NCBI GenBank assembly: GCA_003568945.1
Contig: BDIP01000010.1
Location: 1-49,897 of the forward strand
Direction of reading: 5' to 3'
Origin: Kipferlia bialata
Lineage: Eukaryota
DNA length: 49,897 nt
Part shown: piece by piece, positions 25,147-37,083 of the stretch
Position numbering within the stretch: position 1 is the stretch's first letter
How the letters are laid out: each line of letters starts with the position of its first letter
The notes under the pieces: generated by a model
Told to the model about the DNA's origin: nothing
What the model saw: only the letters and a program-made list of their open reading frames with translations
Database searches by the model: none
Program-made: the position numbers and the translations under genes

Positions 25147-26009
25147 TTACTCGCATCCGCAGTCATCGGAGTGCACGTGGGGCTGCTGCTGTCCGAGGCC
25201 GAACTGCTGCATCATCTCCATCTGCTGCTCGGGGGTCATGTCGGGGGAGCCTGGGGTGAGGAAGGGGAGATACAAGAGTAATACATACCGCACCAACAGA
25301 ATATTGGGCCATAACCACTCCAATAAAGTCACATAGACGTACCATCAGCCTTCTTGGGCATGGCAGCGAGCTTGGCCATGAGGGCCTGGGGGTGAGCACA
25401 GGTGAACGAGTCAGTATATATCGAGTCTGTACTTTCAAACATAGAGAAATGGCTACAATGTCACGGTCGGCCAATGACTAACATACACAACACCACCAAC
25501 CTGGATCTCGGGGTTCTGCATCATGGTGGCCATGTCGGGCTCACCAGCGGCTCCACCCTGGGGCATGCCTCCCTGCCTCTGCTGCATGTACCTCTGCTGC
25601 ATGGCCTGACAGTCAGAGAGGGAAGGTATACACGTGAAGAGAGCACATAGGCACCAATATGAAGGCAATACGACACAACTACCAGCAGCTCAAAGAGATC
25701 AATCAACTGAGAATCACCAGAATGATTTCTCTCAACAATTCAATCTCACCTCCTTCTCGGCCCTGACCTTGGCGGCGGCCTCAGCCCTAGCGCCGGCGGT
25801 AGCCTTAGCCTTGGCGGCCTTGATTCTGCGCTGAGCCTGAAAGTCAGCGACGGATAGTGACATGGCATCCATAGATACGGAAACAGTGGGGACTAAAACC
25901 AAAGGAAAACCACCTCAAATCCCCGTAGAGCATTGGCGCAAACACATTATCACGATACTAACAACATACTCCTACAGATTGTACGTACGTTGTTCTTCCT
26001 GGGAGCCAT
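25147..26009 (-). CDS. Small STI1/DP-like domain protein (5 exons)
   Basis: MAPRKNN|AQRRIKAAKAK...|AMQQRY...GGMPQGG...DMATMMQNPEIQ|ALMAKL...|...HVHSDDCGCE*; Met-rich DP/STI1-type motif. Confidence 0.55.
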
Positions 26010-26326
26010 TTCTAAAGTACTACGAGAAGACCACAGACACAGTGAAGCTCAACGTTTTTGGCTAGAATGAACCCCTTCTCATTACTATTTCGATTTCGAC
26101 TGTAGCGGCATTCGCCAAAAACGTTGGAGGTAGAAGGGTCTAGGTCTTCCAAGCAAAAGGGTTTAAGAGTATATTTTTGGGAAGCGTGACCTCTGAATCA
26201 GTGACCACTCTCTCACACTGTGACCCACAGTCTAGAGGCCTACACCATAGGAGATACATTGTTCCATTATCTCCTGACTTCCATCGTCTGAATAGTCCCC
26301 TTGGAGGGCGTTTGAGCCGCTAGAAG
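26010..26326. promoter_or_regulatory. Putative compact bidirectional promoter
   Basis: About 320 bp between the divergent starts of the STI1-like gene (-) and CYFIP (+); inferred from position only. Confidence 0.4.
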
Positions 26327-26863
26327 ATGGCTGGAGTGAGCCATGTGTGCACAATCCAGGTGCCCAACACTCCCTTTGAGGACAATGGGCTGTTGCTGCC
26401 TGGGATGGGTACAGGCCTGACAGATGACCACCTACTGGCTGTGAGAGTGACTGAGTTTGCTAGCAAGGGGCGCGACTGGCTGTCGTACCTGTACTGTCGG
26501 CGTAACTGCTCTAAGGTGGGTACTGCTCACCCACTGGGGTTGAGTATTACTTGTATAACAAGTAGTTGAGCCAAATGGTACTCTCTTAATGTACCTATGA
26601 ACTTTATGACCCCCCCCCCCCCAATATATACTTGTGTCACTCTCAATTATCACACGGCAACCCCTCCCCTCCCTCATCTGACCCCCAAGTGCATGCCGCA
26701 GCCCAGGAATGACATGAGTGATGAGGACAGGGCAGCGGTGTATGCAGAGACATACCATGTTCTGGAGCCTCTCATCAGACAGCTGCAGGACCTGCTCTCA
26801 TTCTGCCAGGAGACAGCTAGGTACTGCATTACTCGACTGGTCATGCCATTCCCCTCCGTAATG

Positions 26864-26902
<39 letters not shown>

Positions 26903-29900
26903 TCTCCCCCTCTCCCCCCAGTGCCCTTGCCCTTGAGCTTGGGACCCTGTCCTCCGACCCCCTGTCTGTGAGTGATAGACTGCTTGATGCGCTAGTCTCT
27001 GCCCTGGATGTACTGATGGGCATAGACACCCTCAAGGACACAAAGTCCAGCCTCGTCAACGACTTCTCATCATTCAGAAGGGCAGCATGTGAGTGGTACA
27101 GTGCTATATTCCAATACCCCCCCCCCCCACATCCCCTTATCTGACTGACTGACCCCCCAGCCAAGTACCCCTCTAATGAGTGGGACGAGGTGTCTCTGAC
27201 TGGGCTGTTCCAGTTCATGACTAGGTGGGTGGGGCATGTATGGTGCATGTATATACTGTTAGTCTGACCTATACTCCATACCCTCACCCCCCAGGCGCCA
27301 TGCGGTCATGCACCAACTGGCCACATTCTGTGTCAGCAACATCAACTCAAACACGAGGTGGGCAGTACAGTTGAATATATGTGTGTGAACATTAGTATGT
27401 GCACTCTCTAGTCACTCACCCCAGTGTCATCAGCCTCCTTGCCTCTCTGCTGACCAGATGTGCCTCCAAGGTGCAGGGCGGGATGGTGGCAGACCACCAG
27501 AAGGTGGGGATGATGTGTTTACTATATGCCATGTCAGGAGATCTCTTACACCCAGGAGTACCTCTACCACCGTTTCATCCCCACATGCGTCACCCTCATG
27601 GATAGGTCAGGCTATATCTACATATTCTTGTCTTTTATGTTTATGTTTTCCACTGTTGCAGTATCTGGTCTCACACATGTGTGACCCTCATGGCTAGGTG
27701 GGGTCAGGCTCTATGTTTGTATACACTGATATGTGTATGACCTCACCCCCAGGTGTCACCTCGTTAGGCACTCTCTCTCCCAGGGCAACACAGAGCTCAG
27801 CATAGGCCAGGTGGGACAGTCTCTTCTACAGTGTAACCTAGTCTACCTCTCTGCCCTCACCCCCAGGAGAGCATTGCTGCTGCCGATGCCGTGTATCGGA
27901 ACAGGTCCAAGCTGCTGACCTCTGACCAGCTGAAGAGTGTGACAGATGCCATGCTAGCTAGACCCATCACCCCCCTGCTGCTAGACATACACATCAGTGC
28001 AGTCACAATACTAGGTATACATGCATGTACAGGGAGTGACACTCACTCTCGTCTCCTACACCCTTTCCCACCCACCCCAGAGTCCTCCCACTACCCCGTC
28101 CCCCCTGTTCTACTGGCCGGTGTCACCCCCAAGGGCCTGGCCAAGACATACCTCCTGCGCAACACTGTTCCTGCCCTTGTCACGGCCTATGAGGCATGCA
28201 CTGGTGACATGCAGCACACAGTGGAGCTGATGGGGCTGACACCTGGTAGCAGTAGCGATAGGGAAGCAGGTGTTGAGGCCTCTAGGCTACCCACTGACTC
28301 AGACTGCTTCCGGGTGCTTCTGACATGTGTCTCTCTGCTGCAGAGGGTCAGGAGGGACATCGGGTACCAGGCCGCATTCAAGTTTGCATTCCCCTTAGAC
28401 ACTGAGACAGCGCTCAAGAGAAAGGCACTCCACTCAAAGGGTAAGCAGGGGTCGTGTAGTGTCAGTATGCGTATGCAAGTTTGTACTAGTGTCACTATTA
28501 GCTAACCAGCCAGGTGCAGCCGGCAGCGACGTTGTGAGTGAGTTTGAGAGGGCTGTCCGGTTCAACTACTCCAAGGCTGACCGTACTGCTACCCTCAAGG
28601 CCATATACATGCTGCAGGTGGGTGCATTCATGTCCATGTCACTAGAGTATCTGATTCTCTCTCTCTCTGACCCCCCAGGAGCTGCGTGTCCTCATCGGCC
28701 GTGCCCTCCCCTCCCTCTATGCCCCTGCCTGTGCCCATGCCCAGTCCATGCTGCAGCGGTTCCTAAGAGTGGACGTGGCAGAGTGTGTACGGTCATCCCA
28801 GAAGCATGGTGAGGGAGACTCCATTCTGCCACTGTGTTTATATACATATACAAACACTATAGTACCCATCCAACCCCAGGCAGGGATGATGCCCTCCTGA
28901 CCTGTGTGAGGGATGTCTGTGCCATGTCGGGTGACCTACCCCTGAGAGTACCCCCCATGCCCAGAGACAGTGACTCAGAGACAGACATACCCACCAAGGT
29001 GGCACCCCCAATGGCCAGTCAGGTGAGGGGACTTGTACATGTATAGGAGATACGGAGTGACTTTCACTCTGTTCCCACCCTTCTCACCCATAGATACATG
29101 CTGCCCGTACACTTGTTGCTAGGGTGCTGGCCTCCAAGTCCAAGCGCGGCCTCCTCACTTCCTACACGATCAGTGACAAGAAGAAGCGCCAGGGTCTGGA
29201 GCAGTTCCTCGACACTGACTCCGTCACCATATCGACTGTCACAGACGCCGTGTCCCTATGTGACCCCCGCAATGTGTGTGTGGGTGGTCTGTGGTTCAGA
29301 GAGCTCTATCTCGAGATCGAGAGGGGCAGACAGTACCCCCAGTTTGCCCTGTCTCTCTCTCTGCCGTGGGTGCTGACCCACCATGCCCTGTCTGCATATG
29401 GCAAGGGGGCATCCGTTGACAAGGGGCAGAAGGGGAGGGAGAAGGGAAAGGACACAGACCCAGCTGGCCTGCTCAGCATGGCCTGTGTGGCACTAGGTGA
29501 GGGGGGGGTGTACTCATATAGTTGTATGAGTAATCCAATCTCTCTCTCTGTGCATGTGCGTGTCTGCCCTTACCCCCAGGCCTGTACTCCGAGGCTGCCC
29601 AGGTTGCCCTTGGCACCCTCAGGTGCAGACACCTCTATGATGAGATTGAGAGTGAGGCAGATCTGGCAGTGGCACAGCTGGTGTACACACTGGCTGATAG
29701 GCTGGTGTTATTGGCCAAGAGACATGTCACAGGGGACACAGCAGGTCGGTATACTCTCTCTATTCTATGTGTATACCCTGTCTGCCTCCCCTTCACCCCC
29801 AGCCGTTGACCCCGAGCTCTCTGGCATCCTCTCTCTCATCAGGACACACACCAACCTCAACGTGCTGGGGAGGTATGGTCTCTCCCTTCATGTGCATACG

Positions 29901-31434
29901 TGTGTAGCCATTTGCCTTCCGTCTTCTCTGTCTCCCCTTTATTTCCTCTCTCTCTAACCCCAGGTGCCTTGACCTTGGTGCTCTGGTCTCAGTACACGTG
30001 GCCAGACTGCTCTACAGGTGACTGAGTTTCCCATACTTATTGATTGCTACCCAGACTGCAGTGTATATGGTCACCCTTTCTCTCCTCACCCCAGGTCTGT
30101 GTTCACCGCTAGGGAGAGGTTCCAGCTGGGCCCTGTCTCTGCCATCCTAGAGCTGCAGAGGACACTCCACATGCTGGGAGGGGCACACGCACTGCTGTGT
30201 CAGAACGGGTATGGATACTTATATTTGTAGTCTCTTATGTTCCCACTTCTAGTGTAGTACCTGCTTCACCCGTAGGTTTGAGACCCTCCTTCCCCCCTTC
30301 CCCTCGCTGCTCCGTGCCCTGGGTCCCTCCTCGGCTGGACAGACAGACGGGGTCAGGGACACGCTCATAGCAGCAGTCAACAGCCAGGTGGGGGTGCATT
30401 ATATATGCATTTATGTATACTCATTAGTTATGTCTGTCTCACTACCTGCCTGACGCCAGGTGTCGAGTGGTGGGTACACCTTCCACCTCGACTCCCTGTG
30501 CCTGAGGGAGACCCCTGTCCAAACAGCATACAACGCCACACTGTGGCTGGAGCATGATGGCTACAGCACAGCAGACATCTACAGTCACAGGACAGTGGCT
30601 GCCCGGTGTCTGGCTGGACTGGATAACCCCGAGGCCAGGGAGGGCATCACATACAGACACGTGGGTGCCTGCCTTGATGTGCTGGGGGTGGGTGCCGTGT
30701 ACTATGCCACAGCTGCCCTGGAGAGCAGGCTGGAGACCCTGTCTGGCCAGCTTCTGTCTGAGGCCTCTGCCCTACATGCCTCCCTAGGGGACAGGCTGCA
30801 TGGGATACCCTCTGCCATCAACCTGCACAAGACTAGGGATGCAGTGATGGAGCGGGTGGTGCCTGCCCTGGAGGCCCTGCCCTCCAGACACAGACAGGTC
30901 GGGAGTGTGTCATCCCTCCTGGCCAGGGTGGGTGCATGCCTGGGGTACCTGCACCTGGTTGATACCACAGCGGGTGCACATGCCGCAGAGACTGGCACAC
31001 CCCTGCAGTCCCTGTCTCTGGTACAGGCTGTGCTGGGCAGACTCTCCAGAACACACACCGTACAGGCAGAGACAGACGAGTCGGCCCCTCCCCTGGCGGC
31101 TCTCTTCTCCCTCCTTGTCTACACGTGGTGTCTGCAGGATCCCTCCCCTGAGCTGGACAGTGCCCTGCTAGGGTGTGCAGGCATAGCAGCAGCCTTCCTG
31201 CCCCCAGGGGACCCTGCCCTCTGGGACCTCGTCTCTCTCTCCCTCTCCCTCCCCTCTGCGTCCAATGCCACCGAGGCAGAGAGAGAGACAGCCTCTGCCC
31301 TGCACACTAGGATGCAGACAGTCTGTGCCAGGCTGGACGCATGCCAGGTCCTGTGCGGCACGTGTCACACAACCCAGACACAGGGAGAGTGTGAGCTACC
31401 ATCAGAGGATGTACTGGGGTCCCTATTCTCCTAG
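26327..31434 (+). CDS. CYFIP: CYFIP/Sra1/PIR121, WAVE regulatory complex subunit (divergent)
   Basis: LYCRRNCSK|CMPQ...YAETYHVLEPLIRQL; DTLKDTKSSLVNDFSSFRRA; EFERAVRFNYS; LWFRELYLEIERGRQYPQFALSLSLPWVL match CYFIP conserved blocks in the expected order. Confidence 0.88.
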
Positions 31435-32035
31435 ACGGACACTACGGTGTCACATACTAGTACTAAGCCTAGTATTATAGTATGATAGCAGTTTGGACTG
31501 GGTGTATTATCTATTTTCTTCCCGCGTGTTTCGTGTTCTGGTATTGTCCCTGTTCAGTCCTCTGCTTGTTATCGCTATTCAGTAAATGACCTGAGTTGGA
31601 CACTAGGTCTAGTCGGACTATGTCAGGATATAGGCTATATCATATAGCATGTTATGGTGTTGCAAAAGAGCATTAACAATCAGTCACTCTTCAATGTGAT
31701 ATCCTAGTATTCATTAGGCCCCATTGAACTGAGGAGGCTGACCGTCCATTCCTGGCCTTGAGACGTCGTCAACCACATTCTCCCACAATATAGGGTTACT
31801 CAACCCCACGGGTACATCAGTCTGTCTAGCACTGAGGGGTCAATCTTGGGCACCACAGGTAGGGTTGGGTTTCGTGTAGTTCTTCTTGGCCCATTCTTGT
31901 GGGATATGGTATTCCCTAATGATCCTCTGATTACCCTAGAAGTGGTACCAGAGTCTGGTACAGCCTCTCTGGTCCCACGGACTATCAGTGGAAGTTCTCT
32001 TGATCCGAGTCTGCGGCGGAAGTGCTTGGTCCGTG

Positions 32036-33720
32036 TTAACTGCACGACTGGCGGAGTGACTGCATCATAGTCTCTGAGGTACACCCTCTCCCCACTAGGC
32101 CATGCATTATGGTACTCAGACTGACAGCATAGTAGGATAGCTCCCCACACTCCGCAGCCATACCCTCCACCACCTGTTGGTACACACCCCACTGGGATGG
32201 GGTTAGGGGGGAGGGTTGGGTATCTGCATCTACCTCATTTGCACAATCTGACTCCAGTTGAGTGTGGATGGCATCCCAACGGTGTCTGTCAGCCATCTCC
32301 CCCACATACTCACCCCTGCACACCTCTCTCTCTGCCTCTGTCTCCCTGTCTAGCATGCACCTCATGGGGATGAACAGGTCCACAAAGCTGGGGTGGTCAG
32401 AGGGAAGGGGTACGTATACATAATGGATGAAGAATACTACCTGTTGGGAGTCCTGTACAGAGAGTCTATGGCCTGAACTGTGTGTGACATGTCAGTGTTA
32501 TACATGTCACAGTAGGCTGGAACTGTCTCCGTACTGGTATAGTTACCCATGAACTGGAATATGGGTAGATCAGCCATACCTGGTGGGTAAGGGGGACAAC
32601 ACGTAGGACATTAGTGAAGCATTGATCATACACGTACCGTCCACATCCCCGTACTGCTGTACATGGCTGTCTGTGACTATGTCTGTGACAGATGCATACT
32701 GGTCAGACAGAGTGGTGCAGGGTGCAGAGGGGGACTTAGGGTGAGAATATGTGGGTATAGTATGGATGGATGTGACCTATACACCCAGTACCTCCACCCC
32801 AGTGACCCATGCGATGGAGTACTCATCTGCAAGGTATGTCTGCAGGGTGTGGTCGTAGTATATGCTGTACGAGTCCTCCCCAGGCAGGGCAGCCGTGGTG
32901 GCATACACTCCTATATCTGAGGGCAACAGGTCCTGGAACATGCTCCCACTGTGACACGACTGTAGGGTCAGCATATAGCCAGTTCACCAATGGAGAACAG
33001 TAAGGAGATGCATAGGTGTGAGAGATATACACCCACATTAGACACTGGCCCATGTATATACTCTCATAGCCTTCAATGAGTGTGCTCCCAGTATACTACT
33101 CACCTCCAGGTAGAACACCATGCGCCTGTACATATCCGTGTCGTGCATGTGCTGTATGGCCCCCATCATCTCATGGGCAAAGAGGAAGGAGGCATGGGGG
33201 AACAGCACATACCCCACACCCCCGTGGTCATCGAGGAATATGAACACATCGTCTGAGGGGCCAGAGGCCAGTGTCCTGCCCGACCCGTTGGTTGTGATAG
33301 GCACCTCACCCCTTAGTACTGATAGGAAGGTGTCCTTGGTGACATCAGTGCCACAGTAGTCAATGGAGAGACCGTCATATACATTGGGGCTGGGGGTGAG
33401 GCGGGGTACAGTGATCAATGCTCAGGCAATCTGGTGTGGTACAATGAATGGACTATTCAAATTACTCACCCGTCTGGCACGTTCCTGACGTATCCCGGCT
33501 GTGCATTGTGTGTGTCGTATGCAATGTCATCATAGGCCATGACTATGATGTTGGACGGGTGCACGTGGCCATACCCCACCAGGGTCTGGTAGGCATGGTA
33601 TACATCGGCCTGGTGTCTGTAGTTGGTCCAACCCTTGCTGGGGGTCAGAATACAGTGAGAACTTAGATTTCCATCTTGGTATTACTACTCGTACGCCCTG
33701 GCGGTCAGGAGGGGGCAGCC
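32036..33720 (-). CDS. Legumain / asparaginyl endopeptidase (peptidase C13); 5' end missing or corrupted
   Basis: KGWTNYRHQADVYHAY, IIVMAYDDIA, SGPSDDVFIFLDDHGG (catalytic His), YLE|SCHSGSMF (catalytic Cys), TYLADEYS; C-terminal prodomain-like exon ends at 32036. Confidence 0.92.
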
Positions 33721-33987
33721 ACATAGTGGTCCAACGTGGGATATGAGTACACTGCGGCTTGATACTATCAGCAATAATTGGGAATTGAATATAGTAGTAT
33801 ATCGGACAAGAATAGATACTTGACAGGAATGGTATCCACCCACTGTGTAAACATAACAGGGGAAATGCCCAAAGCGACTGTGAGAGAATTGGTGATAGGC
33901 TGTGGCTATTGTATTTGGCACAAAGGCGACAAAGGGATAGAGACACAATACAAACCAGGTCGAAGATGGGGGGAGAACGATGGGGGG

Positions 33988-34034
<47 letters not shown>

Positions 34035-34141
34035 CCACTCCCACATGGGATAAGACGCAACGTGTGCTACCAAGATAGGAGAGAGTTGAACCACTATAAG
34101 ATAGGCCACTATACAACACTGAGTCCATACACTACACACAC

Positions 34142-34439
34142 CTGAACACTCCCTCTCTGTGTGTCCCCATCAGGAAGTGCTGCATGGCACAGTCAGAGTC
34201 AACCACCCTGGGATACACCTGCATAGAGGCCCCTGTCTCGGTCCAGACGGCATTCAGCATGGGTGAGGGGGATATAATAAATATGAGGGGGATATAATAA
34301 ATATGAACACGTGATAGATAGTAACAACTGGAACACGTCAGTCATTACCATACCTTGTGCTGCCGTATCCAGGTACCACTATCACGGGATAGCGCACCGG
34401 AGCCCGGATAGACTGCTCGGCAATGCCAGTGGCATCCAT
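34142..34439 (-). CDS. 5' fragment of an LCAT/phospholipase A-like alpha/beta hydrolase
   Basis: MDATG...YPVIVVPGYGST|RLNAVWTETGASMQVYPRVVDSD resembles the LCAT-family N-terminal PVxxVPG motif; the gene stops at the poly-G run 33989-34033. Confidence 0.5.
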
Positions 34440-35653
34440 GGTGGTTGAAAGGAGTATGCATCACTCTGACCCTTTCACACCTACATCGATGAATGGTCTT
34501 TTGAAAGGGTGTAGACTACACCGTGTAGTAACAGCGAGCCTATCTCAGTGACCGTGACAAGACTGGGATATTAACCCTATTGTCTATGCTACGCCGAACG
34601 CCTACTAATCCGGTACCTACATACTCTACTTGCAGCATTAGAACACTAGTAGTGTCACTACTCCCAGTATCAGGTCAGAAGTGCAAGTCACGACTCTATA
34701 GAGTTCTTGAATGTATACATCAGAGTCTGATGATCAGACACCTGGAATTGTTTTGATACTAACCATCAGTTGCATACTACTACCAGACACACACATCACT
34801 GGTAGATACACCGGCGGTATGGGTGTATTGAATGCATTGAATGCCCGAATTGTTGGAATCCTAACCGCATTACATTGAGTGTGAGAATGATACCTCCGAG
34901 CTGACATGATAGTACTATATCTCTCACTTCCATAGGTGTCGAAGGTTCTTCCCATTGTGTGAGCCCAAATATAGTCAATACTAGAGTGGTAGAATACTGT
35001 CTATAGTCTTAGAGTGGGATAATCTATAGCGAGATAGTACCCAATACTCCTGTACCAAGAGGACTCGATAGTATCTGACTCTCAACATGGCGTAGGAGAT
35101 TCACGGATAGTTACTGTCGGGAATCACCGGTTGCCCCGTTTACCACCGTTGAGACTGGGAAACAGCTGATAAGTAGCTAAATAGAAGCTGCATAGTTGCC
35201 TTACATGAGAATCTCAAGATGAGATGTATAGACTGTGGACTTGTTAGGTCCTAACAAGTATCCTAACTTAGGATCCATGGTGGCTATGTTCATTCTTGGG
35301 TTACTCTATCTTGGTAACATGAGTACTTCATATGGATATAGGAGTATGTGAAAACAACACGCGTAATAGTTAAGGGCACCAGAGGGCTACTGGCCTGTTA
35401 TTATACTTGTACCGATTTAGGTTTCTACACTCTGTGACGGTAAAGAGACTTGCTAACCTTAGCTTTCCCCTTCAGTTCATGGTCATCCTTCCCACTAGGA
35501 TGTTACCAGCCTGGGAATCCCCGGATACGTAACTGCCAAGATACCATGACAACACACAAACACACACAAACACCGTAGTCTATCAACACAGCAATACAAT
35601 GGGACACAAAACACACAAGAAAGCTCATATACACATGACGACCGCCCTCCAAC

Positions 35654-36921
35654 CTAGAGTCTGCTTGTTGGATAGTCCCCGGCAAAGGCCTCGTCCATGA
35701 ACACATTGCGGTAGAAGACTAGGCCATTGGGCCCCTCATCTCTGCACACGGTACATGCCTCCTCCAGCCTCAACAGCACACAGTCGGCAAGGGGGACAGA
35801 GAGGGAGAGGATCTGGGCCACATCAACAGCAGTGACGTAGTGCAGCCTGCTGTCCCTGTCCTCCATCTCGGCCAGTCTCTCTAGGACGGCAGACGCGGCA
35901 TCGGACTCGGCGGTGGCGGCATCCCTCAGCTGTAGAACAGTGAGACCACCCTTGCCCACGGACCGGTGCACAAGGCCTGGGGTGGGGAGAGAGAGAGAGA
36001 GAGAGAGAGAGAAAGATAGTATGCGTCACTACGATCTTGACATGAAGCTGTGCTCCATATTACATAGACCACACACTACCCACCTAGAGCCTGACCCGAT
36101 GCCTCTGCCGACTTAATGAGGGCAACGGCACCCTTGAAGTCGGTGGGGGAGATGAGGTCTCCGGCCCTGGCTCTGTTGTACAGGGCATAGGCCTCAATCA
36201 GGGTGGTCATGCCGCCTGGGGGTAAGACACTATAAATCAACCATACATGTACTATATAATGCGTCTGTGTATACTAGTAAGAAGGATACTCACAGACACT
36301 GTACCTGGTGTGGTGTTCAGCCTTGGCACCAGTACCCTGCATACATCCTCTGCCAGGTGCTGCTCATAGTCCTTCTGGCCCTGGGGTGTTAGAATGGGGT
36401 GGGTACTGTCATATACAAACAGTGACTAGACCCCTACACCCTCTGTACCTTGTGCACTGTGGCCACCGTGTCTATCTCAGTCACCATCGTGGCAAAGTCA
36501 GACTCGGCCTCGCTGCTGGACTGGGGGGTAAAGACAGGAAGAGAGATATACAGCACCATACATCAATGAGCTATAAACACTATCCGTACCAGCCCCTTGA
36601 GTTTGGCTGCCAGGGCCACCAGCTTCTCTAGGTTCTCCTCCAGCCCTGTGAACTCATTGCCCTTCTCAAACGCCGCGTCCAGGGTGCTCTGTCTGTCTCT
36701 CTGCCGGGCCTTGTCCACCTGCTTCAACCTTAGGGGTCAGAGGTATATATCTAGTGAGTATATATACCTTTCACCCCAATCCACTATAGTGTAATGATAC
36801 CTTCCCAGCCCACTGGACGTGGCCTGTGCCGCCCCCAGTATGGCTGTGTCTATGTGAGAGAGGAGGGCCGTGGCAGCCTTCTCATCTGTCAGGACCAGCT
36901 TCACCTTGGACAGAGACGACC
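35654..36921 (-). CDS. VPS36: ESCRT-II subunit Vps36/EAP45; 5'-truncated
   Basis: GGMTTLIEAYALYNRARAGDLISPTDF and C-terminal VCRDEGPNGLVFYRNVF match Vps36 winged-helix motifs; the N-terminal part is cut at poly-G 36931-36986. Confidence 0.8.
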
Positions 36922-36951
36922 TGGGGGTAAGGGGGGGGGGGGGGGTTTTCT

Positions 36952-36986
<35 letters not shown>

Positions 36987-37083
36987 GATAGGATATCTGC
37001 TTTGTGGCATATCTTGTTGGGTTGATACCGCCCCGTCCATACACCTAACCCATACACCTTGCTTATACATCTTACCCATCAGG

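Noticed and set aside
31800..32192. 130-aa minus-strand ORF overlapping the legumain end
   Set aside because: Alternative frame running into the 3' UTR with no recognisable homology.
33530..34145. Poly-Pro/poly-Gly ORFs (also at 2689-3196 and 36737-37100)
   Set aside because: Produced by intronic homopolymer G/C runs.
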